Part shown: piece after piece, positions 27,843-37,454 of the stretch | Layout of the letters: every line of letters begins with the position of its first letter | How positions within the stretch are numbered: the first letter of the stretch is position 1 | Source: Clostridiales bacterium | GTDB lineage: Bacteria; Bacillota; Clostridia; Christensenellales; Aristaeellaceae | Length of the DNA: 59,733 nt | NCBI GenBank assembly: GCA_004552515.1 | Contig: SFOF01000002.1 | Coordinates: 1-59,733 of the forward strand | Direction of reading: 5' to 3' | The notes under the pieces: generated by a model | Told to the model about the DNA's origin: nothing | The model's database searches: none | Seen by the model: only the letters and a program-made list of their open reading frames with translations | Made by a program: the position numbers and the translations under genes

Positions 27843-29168
27843 ATGTATCAGAAGCTCGATCTGCCTGAAAAGTGGCAGTGGTTCCAGCAGGCGCGCTACG
27901 GTATGTTTATACACTGGGGGCCGTACGCCGCCATTGGCCGCGGCGAGCAGGTGCTCTTCCGCGATCACATGGATCCCGTTCAGTATGAAAAGGCCGCCTG
28001 CCTGTGGAATCCCCGCGAGTTCGACGCGAAAAGGCTGGCGCGCATCGCCCGCGAGGCCGGCATGAAATACGCCTGCCTGACCACCCGCCACCACGACGGC
28101 TACTGCCTGTGGGACAGCGATCTGACCGACTACACCAGCATGAAGCAGGCGCCGGGGCGCGATTTCGTGCGCGAATACGTCGATGCGTTCCGCGCCGAGG
28201 GACTGCGTATCGGCTTGTACTACAGCTGGCTGGACTGGCGCGTGCCCGCCTTCTTCGACGGCCCGGAGAAGAACCCCGAGGGCTTCAAGGCCATGAAGGC
28301 CTACATCCACGGCCAGATCGAGGAGCTGCTGACCCGCTACGGCCAGATCGACCATTTCTTTTTCGACGGCTCGTGGCCGCGCACCTATGAGGAGCTGGGC
28401 AGCGCCGAGCTGGTGGCCAAAATGCGCCGCTGGCAGCCGGGCATACTCATCAACAACCGGCTGGGCAAATCCGAGACGAAATCGGTCAACGAGGAGGACG
28501 TGGGCCTGAGCGCTGATCACGGCGATTTCGGCACGCCCGAGCTGAACGTCACCGCCGAAAAGCGGCTGTGGGAGGCCTGCCACGTCAGCACATGGCGGCT
28601 GTGGGGCTATGCGCCGGGCGAGCAGGTCAAGCCCAGCGAGCAGCTGCTCGACCTCTTGTGCGAGTGCGCCGAGAAGGGCGGCAACCTGCTGATGAACGTC
28701 GCGCCCGACGGCGACGGCAACATACCGCCCGCGGTGGAGAAGAATCTCATAGAGGTCGGCAAATGGCTGAATGTGAACGGCGAGGCGGTCTACGGCACGG
28801 ACAACGGCGACATCACCGAGTTCCTGACCCACGGCCGGCAGACGGCGCGCGGCAACACGCTCTATCTCATCATCCGCTTCTGGGAGGGGAAGGAGACGTT
28901 GCGCGTGAACGACCTTTTGAGCCGCGTTCAGCGCGTCACGCTGCTCTCAAACGGCATGGAATTGCCCTTCGAGCAGACCGAGAGCGACCTCGTCATTCAC
29001 GGCCTGCCCGCCGAGAAGCCGAGCCCGCTGTTCCCGGTCATTCGCGTGGAGTGCGCCGAGCCGCTCAAAACGAACGAGTGGGGGCAGTACCGCAACTGGT
29101 GCGGCGATCCCGATCGCATCGCGCGCTGGGCGGCGCAGCGGGGCGAGACGGTCATGGTCGGGCGATAA
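27843..29168 (+). CDS. Alpha-L-fucosidase (GH29)
   Basis: It contains ARYGMFIHWGPYA and TTRHHDGYCLWDS. The start is ATG 27843 with ggaggg upstream. Confidence 0.85.
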   Translation: MYQKLDLPEKWQWFQQARYGMFIHWGPYAAIGRGEQVLFRDHMDPVQYEKAACLWNPREFDAKRLARIAREAGMKYACLTTRHHDGYCLWDSDLTDYTSMKQAPGRDFVREYVDAFRAEGLRIGLYYSWLDWRVPAFFDGPEKNPEGFKAMKAYIHGQIEELLTRYGQIDHFFFDGSWPRTYEELGSAELVAKMRRWQPGILINNRLGKSETKSVNEEDVGLSADHGDFGTPELNVTAEKRLWEACHVSTWRLWGYAPGEQVKPSEQLLDLLCECAEKGGNLLMNVAPDGDGNIPPAVEKNLIEVGKWLNVNGEAVYGTDNGDITEFLTHGRQTARGNTLYLIIRFWEGKETLRVNDLLSRVQRVTLLSNGMELPFEQTESDLVIHGLPAEKPSPLFPVIRVECAEPLKTNEWGQYRNWCGDPDRIARWAAQRGETVMVGR

Positions 29169-29231
29169 AAAATAAACGGGGCGACCCGCGCATAAGGTAT
29201 TCCTATCCATCCATGAGGAGGTTCTTCTGCG

Positions 29232-30641
29232 ATGAGAAAGCGGATGCCGGCGGCGCGGGCCGTCCTTTTTTGCGTTTCGGCGGGGAGGGGTGGAAAACTT
29301 GAACAGCTCTTTTATCAGGCCAGACCCCAAGACCGAGGATTGGGCGCGTCCAAATCAGAAAATCTGACGGCGGAAAGGGCGCTGGCGGGGCGGCCTGAGG
29401 AATTTTTGAAGCGCGCCTTGAAAAGGCTTTATGAGAAGCGGAATCCGGCAAAACGGCACGGACGGGACGCGCGGGGAAAGGGACGCGGGGCGACGCCCGT
29501 TCTGCGCCGGCTCTGCGCGCTGGCGGCGGTCTGTATGATGGCGGCTGTTTCGTTCCGCGCGGCGCGGGCGGAGGAAATCGACATTTCCGCGCGCGCTGCG
29601 ATTCTCATCGATGCGGCGAGCGGCCGCGTGCTCTACGCCAAAAACGCCGATACGCGCTATCCCATGGCCTCGACGACCAAGATCATGACCGCGCTTCTCG
29701 CCCTGGAAAACAGCGCGCCGGACGAAATCGTCACCGCGTCCGAGCGCGCGGCGGGCACGGGCGGCACGTCGATCTATTTGAGCGCGGGCGAGACGCTCAG
29801 CATGGAGGAAATGCTCAAGGGACTCATGCTGCGCTCGGGCAACGACGCGGCCGTGGCCATCGCCGAGCACATCGGCGGCAGCGTGGAGAATTTCGCCGCG
29901 ATGATGAACGCGCGCGCGGAGGAGCTGGGCGCGGACGCGCGTTTCGTCACCCCCAACGGACTGGACGCGGAGGGACACGGCGCGTCGGCGCGGGCCATGG
30001 CGCTCATCGCCCGGGAAGCGCTCCGGCGCGACGATTTCCGCGCGCTGGTGGGCACGCAGCGGGCGGTCATTCCCTGGCGCGACAATCAGTACAACCGCGT
30101 GCTGACCAACAAAAACCGCCTTTTGCGCGACTATGAGGGCGCGACCGGCGTCAAGACCGGCTTTACGAAAAAGGCGGGGCGCTGCCTGGTGTTCTCCGCC
30201 GAACGGGACGGCATGGAGCTGATCGGCGTGGTGCTCGGCTGCGGCGCGTGGTTCGACGAGGCCGAGCGCCTGCTCGACTGGGGCTTTGAGAATTTCTCGC
30301 TCGCCTGCGCCGCGGAACGGGGCGAGGACTGCGGAACCGTCGCTGTGGCGGGCGGCGCCTCGCCCCGCGTGCGCGTGATCGCCGAGAGCGGCGCGGCGGC
30401 GGCTGTGCGCGCGTCCGATCAGTGGTCGATCGAGCTGACGCTGGCGCGGTCGGTCGCCGCGCCGGTTCACGCGGGCGACAGTCTGGGCCGCGCGGCGCTG
30501 AAGGTGAACGGCGAAATCATCGCCGAGACGCGCCTGATCGCCGCAGAATCGAGCGAACGGCTGACATTTTGGGACATATTTGTTAAAGTGCTGGGCGGCT
30601 GGCCGCTGGGCGCGCTCTTTGTCGAACCGATCGCGCGCTGA
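29232..30641 (+). CDS. D-alanyl-D-alanine carboxypeptidase (serine-type, PBP5/DacB-like)
   Basis: All three motifs are present: SxxK (ASTTKIM), SxN (RSGND) and KTG (VKTGFT). The signal/anchor is LCALAAVCMMAAVSFRAARA. ATG 29232 has a strong gaggagg RBS, but it leaves an unusually long (about 90 aa) basic N-terminal tail, so the start is uncertain. Confidence 0.85.
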   Translation: MRKRMPAARAVLFCVSAGRGGKLEQLFYQARPQDRGLGASKSENLTAERALAGRPEEFLKRALKRLYEKRNPAKRHGRDARGKGRGATPVLRRLCALAAVCMMAAVSFRAARAEEIDISARAAILIDAASGRVLYAKNADTRYPMASTTKIMTALLALENSAPDEIVTASERAAGTGGTSIYLSAGETLSMEEMLKGLMLRSGNDAAVAIAEHIGGSVENFAAMMNARAEELGADARFVTPNGLDAEGHGASARAMALIAREALRRDDFRALVGTQRAVIPWRDNQYNRVLTNKNRLLRDYEGATGVKTGFTKKAGRCLVFSAERDGMELIGVVLGCGAWFDEAERLLDWGFENFSLACAAERGEDCGTVAVAGGASPRVRVIAESGAAAAVRASDQWSIELTLARSVAAPVHAGDSLGRAALKVNGEIIAETRLIAAESSERLTFWDIFVKVLGGWPLGALFVEPIAR

Positions 30642-30740
30642 ACGCGTCTGAGAAAATAAGGAAGCGCCGTGCCGGGAGAGAACGGCCGCATTGGGCGCTC
30701 ATCATTTTACGCTTGTCTCGACGTCCCGCCGCCGCGAAGG

Positions 30741-30769
30741 TTGCGCATCGGCAGAGTTTTTGATATAAT
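30741..30769 (+). promoter_or_regulatory. Sigma-A type promoter, TTGCGC-N17-TATAAT, for the ABC/surface-protein operon
   Basis: ttgcgc lies at 30741-30746 and tataat at 30764-30769. Confidence 0.5.
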
Positions 30770-30810
30770 ATAGAGAAAGTCCATCCCAGACGACATTCCC
30801 GAAAGGCGGT

Positions 30811-31572
30811 ATGGCCTTGGAAGAAAACACGCCGCGCGAGGCGGTCATCAGTCTGAACGGCGTCAGCAAGGTCTACGCCATCGGCGATGAAAAGCTCACC
30901 GCGCTCAACAACGTATCGCTGGATATTTATCCGGGCGAGTTCGCCTGCATCATCGGGCGCTCCGGCTCGGGCAAATCGACGCTGCTCAACATGATGGCCG
31001 GTCTGGAAAAGCCCACGCGCGGTTGCATCCGCGTGGCCGGCCGGCAGATCGAGGCCCTGAGCGAGGGCGAGCTGGTGCGCTTCCGGCTGAAGAACGTCGG
31101 GTTCGTGTTCCAGTCGTTCAATCTGTTCGCCATGCACACGGCGCTGGACAACGTGGCCATGCCGCTGATGTACAAGGGCGTGCCTCGCGACATCCGCCAG
31201 CGGCGCGCCCGCAAAATGCTCGAGGCCGTCGGGCTGAAATCGCATATGCGGCACCGCCCCGGCGAGATGTCGGGCGGCCAGCAGCAGCGCGTGGGCATCG
31301 CCCGGGCGCTGGTCGCCTCGCCGCGCATACTCTTTGCCGACGAGCCGACCGGTAACCTCGACTTCAACACCTCGCGCGAAATTCTGCGCCTGATCAGATC
31401 CATCTGCCGGGAGCGCGGCACGACGCTCATCATGGTCACGCACGATCCCGACATGGCGCAATACGCCGATCGCGTCGTCCGCCTGCTGGACGGCCGCATC
31501 ACCGAAAACACCGTCAACGAAGCCCCGGCCGAGGTTCCCGCGCCGGATATGAATAACGAGGAGACGCCATGA
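30811..31572 (+). CDS. ABC transporter ATP-binding protein (MacB/LolD/FtsE-like)
   Basis: It has Walker A (GRSGSGKST), the signature (MSGGQQQRV) and Walker B (ILFADEPT). Its stop overlaps the next ATG (ATGA). Confidence 0.93.
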   Translation: MALEENTPREAVISLNGVSKVYAIGDEKLTALNNVSLDIYPGEFACIIGRSGSGKSTLLNMMAGLEKPTRGCIRVAGRQIEALSEGELVRFRLKNVGFVFQSFNLFAMHTALDNVAMPLMYKGVPRDIRQRRARKMLEAVGLKSHMRHRPGEMSGGQQQRVGIARALVASPRILFADEPTGNLDFNTSREILRLIRSICRERGTTLIMVTHDPDMAQYADRVVRLLDGRITENTVNEAPAEVPAPDMNNEETP

Positions 31573-33890
31573 AAAGACAGAAACTGGCCGCGCTCATACT
31601 GGCGCTGACGCTGGCCGTCATGCCCGCCGTCAGCCGCGCGGAAAACCCCGCCGCGCCCACTGATACCCCTGTGCCGGCGGCGGAAACGTCCGCGCCCACG
31701 GACACCCCTGTGCCCACGGACACCCCCGTGCCGACGGATACGCCCGTCCCCGCGCCGACGGAAACGCCCGTCCCCGCGCCGACGGACACCCCCGTTCCGG
31801 CGACGGAAACGCCCGCGCTCGCGACGGATACCCCCGCGCCGACGGATACGCCGGCTCCCGCGACCGCCACGCCGCGCCCGAGCTATCCCCGGGCGTGGTT
31901 CGAGGCATCCATGGCCATTGTGGACGCGTCGAGCGCGTATCAGAGCGGAACGCTGACCGTCGCGCTGCCCATCGCCATCGAGACGCAGGAGGGCGCGCGC
32001 ATCTACAGCAACGCCGCCGGCTCGCTTTCGGGCTGGACGCCGCGGTCGGACAGCTCGCCGCTATACTTCAGCCAGGACATCATGGCGCTGCCCGTCGGCG
32101 CGGGCTGGGAGCTGGATTCCGTGTCCGGCGCGGCGCTGGAGACGCTCTTCGATCTCTCCGCAGCCTCCGTGCGCGACATGATCGCCTACGCGCCCGAAAA
32201 GAACGACTGGAACATGCCCGCGCGCACGCCCTACAACGCGGGCTACGCCGTGTTCAATCTCGACATCGCCGAGGACGCGCCCATCGGCCGCTATCAGCTC
32301 AGGTTCGTCTATGACGGCGGCGACGAGCTGATGAACGAGCAGAAAATCGAATTTACGCTGGAATTTTCCATCGTCGCCAATCCGAACGTCACCCCCACGC
32401 CGACGGTCGAGCCGTCTGACGAGCCGACCGACGACCCCACCGACGCGCCGACGAACGAGCCGTCCGGCGAGGGCAGCGTGATGATCGGCCAGATGGCGGT
32501 CGAGACGCTCAAGGTGGGTCAGAGCGGCGTGACGCTGGCCATCCCCGTCTCCTACGCCGACGCCGCCGCGCGCGTCTACAGCAACCGGGGCGACGACGGC
32601 AGCGTATTAAAGCCGGGCAGCGATGGCTTCAGCGATGAAATCCTCAATTACATCGAGCGGCTCGACGTTGAAATCACCGCCGAGAGCGCCGCCGATCCGA
32701 CATTCCCCTTCCTGCTGTCCGAGCAGGGCGTATCGCGAACCGTGATTGCGGACGGCGTGAATTACGGCTACGCGGTGTTCTCCAATCTGACCGTCAGGAG
32801 CAGCCTGTCCAACGGCACGGTCGCCGTGCCCTTCACCGCGCGCTATACCGACGCGGTCACCGGCGAAACGCAGACCGTGGAGCTGAGCGCGCTGGTCAAC
32901 ATCACCGGCGCGAGAAGCAGCGGTGGAGGCGGCGGGGGCGGCGGCAGCTACGTCGCGCCCACGACGGCCCCGCAGGCGCGCGTCATCGTGGAGAGCATAT
33001 CGACCGATCCGCAGGCCGTTCAGGCGGGCGATTCGTTCGACCTGGTGCTCAGGCTGCGCAACACGAGCGAGAAGCAGTATGTGCAGAATATGCGCGTGAC
33101 CATAGACACCGAAAACGACGTGCTGATCCCCCGCAGCGGCTCGAACACCGTCTATATCGACAAAATCGACGCGCAGGGGCTATACGAGCTGCGCTATCCC
33201 GTGCGCGCCAATCTGGAGGTGCCCGACCGCCCGCTCAAGGTCGAGGTGTCCATTGAATACGAGGATTCCGCCGTATCGGCGCAGACCGCCGCTCAGCAGC
33301 TGGTGGTGTCCGTCGGGCAGAAGATGCGCCTGAGCGTCAGCGAGCCGGTGATGGACGCGTCCTCGCTCTATGCCGGCGACAGTCTCGACGTGGCGCTGCA
33401 GGTGGTCAACGAGGGCCGCACGACGCTCTACAACGTCTCCGTTGCGCCCGAATCAGCCAGTGAAAACCTCACGCTGCCCACCGCCGCCTATCTGGGCAAT
33501 ATGGAGGGCGGCACGTCCAAGCGGGCCGAGTTGAGCCTCACGCCCACAAAGGAGGGCGACTATAAGGCCGATCTGATCGTCACCTGGGAGGATGCGCTGG
33601 GCGAAAAGTATACCGAAACGCGCTCAATTTCCTTCTCCGCGCAGGCCGACGAAACCATCGACTATTCCGGCTCGACCGGCGGCAATCCCGCCGACTACTA
33701 CAGCAATGATATAAACGGCGGCAATGACGTCGATTCCGCGCCCGAAACCGACGCCTCGGCCATCCTGTCGATGCTGCCCTGGTGGGTGTACGCGGCGGCG
33801 GCGGGGCTGTACTTCGTCATTGTCATTTACGCCGCGATGAGCGTGCGCGCGCGCCGCAGAAAGGCCCTTGAGGACGATGAGATGGACTGA
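31569..33890 (+). CDS. Membrane-anchored surface protein with PT-repeat linker and CARDB/COG1361-like Ig-fold repeats
   Basis: The signal peptide is MKRQKLAALILALTLAVMPAVSRA. It is followed by (PTDTPVP)n, a G9 run, two repeats of the type GDSFDLVLRLRNTSEKQYVQNMRV and GDSLDVALQVVNEGRTTLYNVSV, a C-terminal TM (WWVYAAAAGLYFVIVIYAAMSV) and a basic tail. Confidence 0.7.
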   Translation: MKRQKLAALILALTLAVMPAVSRAENPAAPTDTPVPAAETSAPTDTPVPTDTPVPTDTPVPAPTETPVPAPTDTPVPATETPALATDTPAPTDTPAPATATPRPSYPRAWFEASMAIVDASSAYQSGTLTVALPIAIETQEGARIYSNAAGSLSGWTPRSDSSPLYFSQDIMALPVGAGWELDSVSGAALETLFDLSAASVRDMIAYAPEKNDWNMPARTPYNAGYAVFNLDIAEDAPIGRYQLRFVYDGGDELMNEQKIEFTLEFSIVANPNVTPTPTVEPSDEPTDDPTDAPTNEPSGEGSVMIGQMAVETLKVGQSGVTLAIPVSYADAAARVYSNRGDDGSVLKPGSDGFSDEILNYIERLDVEITAESAADPTFPFLLSEQGVSRTVIADGVNYGYAVFSNLTVRSSLSNGTVAVPFTARYTDAVTGETQTVELSALVNITGARSSGGGGGGGGSYVAPTTAPQARVIVESISTDPQAVQAGDSFDLVLRLRNTSEKQYVQNMRVTIDTENDVLIPRSGSNTVYIDKIDAQGLYELRYPVRANLEVPDRPLKVEVSIEYEDSAVSAQTAAQQLVVSVGQKMRLSVSEPVMDASSLYAGDSLDVALQVVNEGRTTLYNVSVAPESASENLTLPTAAYLGNMEGGTSKRAELSLTPTKEGDYKADLIVTWEDALGEKYTETRSISFSAQADETIDYSGSTGGNPADYYSNDINGGNDVDSAPETDASAILSMLPWWVYAAAAGLYFVIVIYAAMSVRARRRKALEDDEMD
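31657..31878 (+). repeat. Imperfect in-frame tandem repeats encoding a Pro/Thr-rich linker
   Basis: Reiterated units of the form ccgacggaNacgcccgtccccgcg translate to PTDTPVP/APTETPVP. Boundaries are approximate. Confidence 0.6.
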
Positions 33891-35268
33891 CATACTCGAG
33901 CAGAGCCTGCACAATCTCTTCCGCCGCAGGCTGCGCACGCTGCTCACGATGCTGGGCGTGGTGATCGGCACGGCGGCCATCATCGTGACGCTTTCGCTGG
34001 GCGCGGGCGCGGAAAAGGCGCAGATGGACGCGCTGGAATCCACCACAAACCTGAAGCTCATTGAGGTTTCGCCCTATTACGGCTCCAGTCTGGCCGGCGA
34101 TCAGGGCAAGCGCGTCACCCGCATCACCGATTCGGTCATCTCCGACATCCGCGCCATGCAGGGCGTGGACGCGGTGACCCCGATGGTCACGGTTATGCTG
34201 GGCGCGCAGGCGGTGGTCAAGACCGGCGACTATGAAAACTCGACCACGCTTTTGGCCGTGCTGCCCGCCGATTTCGCCAAGATCCAGCCGCTCAAGAGCG
34301 GGGAATACTTCACCGGTCGCACAGACCGCATGGAGTTCATCATGTCCGAGGTGGCGCTGCTCGATTTTGTCAAGCCGGACGAGGATTACGAGTGGATCGA
34401 CGCCTATTCCATCCTGCAATCGGGCGGCCAGCTGCCTCTGCCGCCCATTTCCTGGTATTCCAGCCGCTATTCCATGGCGCTGCGCTGGGAGGACTGGGAC
34501 AACTATATGCAGAACAACTACGAGCCGGAGATCCGCGAAATGGACTTCAAGGCGCAGCTGACCGGCATCATCGAGGCCGATCCCAACGACTGGCGCTTTT
34601 CCTACTATGCCATCGTCAATCTCAGCTGGCTCAAGAAAATCTATCGCGAAAACCGCGATTTTTTCAAGAGCCAGGGCTTCGAGCTGAACGGCTACGACAC
34701 GGTTTATGTGCTCGCCGATACGGTGGACAATGTTGAAAACGTCATAAAGCAGCTCAACGACTACGGCCTGCAATACTCCAGCCCCATGGAGACGGTGGCG
34801 CTGATGAAAAAGCAGATCGCCATGATGCAGGGCTTTCTGGGCTTCATCGGCGCGATCTCCATGCTGGTGGCGGCGCTCTCCATCGCCAACACCATGATGA
34901 TGAGTATCTATGAGCGCACGCGGGAGATCGGCGTGATGAAGGTGCTGGGCTGCACGCTGGGCAATATCCGCGCGCTGTTCCTCACCGAGGCCGCCTATAT
35001 CGGCCTGTTCGGCGGCGGCGCGGGGCTGATTTTGTCGCTGCTTCTGTCCTATGCGCTCAACAACGTCGAGGCGCTTCAAAACGTCGTCTCGAGCGTGCTT
35101 TCCGGCGCGGAGATGTTCACCGCGGGCGGCAAAACATCCATCATATCGCCGCAGCTGGCCTGGGGCACATGGCTGTTCGTCGTCGCCGTGTCGGTGATTT
35201 CCGGACTGTATCCGGCGCGCCGCGCGATGAAGCTGTCCTCGCTGGCGGCCATCCGCAGCGCCGAATAA
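33877..35268 (+). CDS. ABC transporter permease, FtsX/MacB family
   Basis: The N-terminal TM is LRTLLTMLGVVIGTAAII. It is followed by a large extracytoplasmic domain and the C-terminal FtsX module (ISMLVAALSIANTMMMSIYERTREIGVMKVLG). ATG 33877 overlaps the upstream gene end. Confidence 0.9.
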   Translation: MRWTDILEQSLHNLFRRRLRTLLTMLGVVIGTAAIIVTLSLGAGAEKAQMDALESTTNLKLIEVSPYYGSSLAGDQGKRVTRITDSVISDIRAMQGVDAVTPMVTVMLGAQAVVKTGDYENSTTLLAVLPADFAKIQPLKSGEYFTGRTDRMEFIMSEVALLDFVKPDEDYEWIDAYSILQSGGQLPLPPISWYSSRYSMALRWEDWDNYMQNNYEPEIREMDFKAQLTGIIEADPNDWRFSYYAIVNLSWLKKIYRENRDFFKSQGFELNGYDTVYVLADTVDNVENVIKQLNDYGLQYSSPMETVALMKKQIAMMQGFLGFIGAISMLVAALSIANTMMMSIYERTREIGVMKVLGCTLGNIRALFLTEAAYIGLFGGGAGLILSLLLSYALNNVEALQNVVSSVLSGAEMFTAGGKTSIISPQLAWGTWLFVVAVSVISGLYPARRAMKLSSLAAIRSAE

Positions 35269-35307
35269 CAGCGCCCTTTCAACGCTCTTTCGGGGGAAAA
35301 CGATTTG

Positions 35308-36498
35308 ATGAAGCGATCCGCACTCATGCTCGCGCTGGTTCTGCTCCTGCTCTGTCCGGCCGTCTGCGCCGCAGAGACAGAGGAGCCGGCGTTCGGGCGG
35401 GAATTTTCAGGCGAATACGCCGCCTACGGCGATTATGTGACGCTGCGCTACACCGTGCTCAACACACTGGACGAGCGCATAACCGCCGTCACGGTGAGCG
35501 ATCCGCTGGTGGGCGTGGCCGGCTATGCCGAGACGCTCGCGCCGGGCGAGAAACGCGTCTTTACCGCGCGTGTCCGTGTGATTGCCGACTGCCTGAGCAC
35601 GCCGGCACTGAGCTACACGCTGGGCGGTGAAACGCGGACTGTCGCCGCGCCGCAGAGAGGCGTGACGCTCGAAAACGCCGCGCTGTCGGCTGTCCTCGCT
35701 GAAGAGACGACCGAAAGCGGGCGTATGCTCGTCCTCACCGTGACCAATCAGGGCAACGCGCCGATTTACGGCGTGAAGGCCGTCGATCGGGCGCTGGGCG
35801 ATATGGGCGCGGCTGTTTCCGTGCTGAACGCCGGCGAAAGCGCGCGCTTTGAACGGGCGATGCAGGGCGGCGATCATCTGTGCCGCGTCACGGCCAGAAG
35901 CGCGGGCGGGCGGGCGCTTGAGATCGACTCGAACGCGCTCGACGCGCAGAACGACGCGCCGGAGCCGGATGAAGAGGGCGGCGTGACGCTCTCGGCGGCG
36001 CTGGACGGCGGGCGCGTGCTGGTGAGCATCGACAACGATACGAATACGCTCTATGAACGCCTCACGCTGACCGAGCGGACGGGCGGTGAAACGCGGGCCT
36101 TGCGCTTTTTGCCCGCGCGGGGCCGGACGCAGCTCGTCTGGGCGGCGGGCGAGGCGGGAGAGACGCTGGTCTTCGAACTGGCGCTGCCGGACGGGCAGAC
36201 CGTCTCCGCCGAGCCGCTAATGCTCGAGGCCGCGCCGGAGACGCAGGACGATCCGCTGGACGCGATCCCGGACGGCGTGTCCTTCCGCATGGCCGACGAC
36301 CCGCAGACCTATCGGGACATGATGCTCGGGGCGGGACTGATGCTCCTGGCGCTGGGCGCGGGCGCATGGCTCGCCGCCGCGATCCGCCGCCGCCGGGAAC
36401 GCCGCCGCCGGCTCAAAAAGCGGCAGGAGCGCAAAAGGCAGCGGCAGAGCGCACTGAAAAAGACCGACGCACGAATGAACGAGGAGAAAAGAGCATGA
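35308..36498 (+). CDS. Membrane-anchored secreted protein with Ig-like repeats and a highly basic cytoplasmic tail
   Basis: The signal peptide is MKRSALMLALVLLLLCPAVCAAE. Repeated beta-rich modules follow, then a C-terminal TM (MLGAGLMLLALGAGAWLAAAI) and the tail RRRRERRRRLKKRQERKRQRQ. Confidence 0.6.
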   Translation: MKRSALMLALVLLLLCPAVCAAETEEPAFGREFSGEYAAYGDYVTLRYTVLNTLDERITAVTVSDPLVGVAGYAETLAPGEKRVFTARVRVIADCLSTPALSYTLGGETRTVAAPQRGVTLENAALSAVLAEETTESGRMLVLTVTNQGNAPIYGVKAVDRALGDMGAAVSVLNAGESARFERAMQGGDHLCRVTARSAGGRALEIDSNALDAQNDAPEPDEEGGVTLSAALDGGRVLVSIDNDTNTLYERLTLTERTGGETRALRFLPARGRTQLVWAAGEAGETLVFELALPDGQTVSAEPLMLEAAPETQDDPLDAIPDGVSFRMADDPQTYRDMMLGAGLMLLALGAGAWLAAAIRRRRERRRRLKKRQERKRQRQSALKKTDARMNEEKRA

Positions 36499-37454
36499 CT
36501 TACATCGGATTTGACATTGGCGGCACAAAATGCGCGGCCTGCCTGGGCGTAAAGCGCGAGGGCGGCATCGACATCGTCGCAAAGCGCGCCTTTCCCACGC
36601 CGAAGCCATGGCAGGCGGCGGTCGAGGAGCTCTTCCGCGCCGCGGAGGAGCTGCTCAGGGCGCACGGCGAGCCGGTTTCGGCCTGCGGCTTCAGCTGCGG
36701 CGGCCCGCTCGATTCGGCATCGGGCGTCGTGATGTCTCCGCCCAATCTGCCCGGCTGGGACAACGTGCCTCTCGTGCGGCTGGCCGAAGAGCGTTTCCAT
36801 GCGCCCGCCTTCCTCGAGAACGACGCGAACGCCTGCGCGCTGGCCGAATGGCGCTGGGGCGCGGGACAGGGCGCGCACAGCATGGCCTTTCTGACGTTCG
36901 GCACGGGGCTGGGCGCGGGGCTGATACTGGACGACCGGCTGCTGCGCGGCGCAAACGGCAACGCGGGCGAGGTGGGGCACATCCGTCTGGCAGCGTTCGG
37001 CCCGGCGGGCTACGGCAAGGAAGGCTCGTTTGAGGGCTTCTGCTCGGGCGGCGGCATCGCGCAGCTGGCCGTGACGCTGGGGCGGCGCGCCGTGCAGAAC
37101 GGCAGGCGACCCGCCTATCTGGAGGGCGGCTATGAGGGCGTCACGACGAAGGCCGTCGCGCAGGCCGCCTATGCGGGCGACGAAACGGCGATCGAGGTGT
37201 TTGAGCGCTGCGGCGAAAAGCTGGGCGAGGGGCTGTCGGTGCTGGTGGATGTGATCAATCCGGAGGCGATCGTTATCGGCTCGGTGTTCACGCGCTGCGA
37301 GGATCTGCTGCGCCCCGCGATGGAGCGCGTCATGGCGCGCGAGTGCCTGAGCGCGTCGCTTGCCGCCGTGCGCGTGCTGCCGGCGAAGCTGGGCGAGGCC
37401 ATCGGCGATTACGCGTCGCTCTGCGCGGCCGAATACGGGCTGTCCTGCCGGTAA
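36495..37454 (+). CDS. ROK family sugar kinase/regulator-like protein
   Basis: It contains MTYIGFDIGGTKCA, ENDANACALAEW and GEVGHI. Its ATG overlaps the upstream stop (ATGA 36495-36498). The ROK zinc motif looks degenerate. Confidence 0.75.
   Translation: MTYIGFDIGGTKCAACLGVKREGGIDIVAKRAFPTPKPWQAAVEELFRAAEELLRAHGEPVSACGFSCGGPLDSASGVVMSPPNLPGWDNVPLVRLAEERFHAPAFLENDANACALAEWRWGAGQGAHSMAFLTFGTGLGAGLILDDRLLRGANGNAGEVGHIRLAAFGPAGYGKEGSFEGFCSGGGIAQLAVTLGRRAVQNGRRPAYLEGGYEGVTTKAVAQAAYAGDETAIEVFERCGEKLGEGLSVLVDVINPEAIVIGSVFTRCEDLLRPAMERVMARECLSASLAAVRVLPAKLGEAIGDYASLCAAEYGLSCR

Noticed and set aside
31514-31870. A Gly/Val-repeat ORF (GTGVSVGAGTGVSV...) on the minus strand.
   Set aside because: It is the antisense reading of the PT-linker repeats of the 773-aa surface protein gene.
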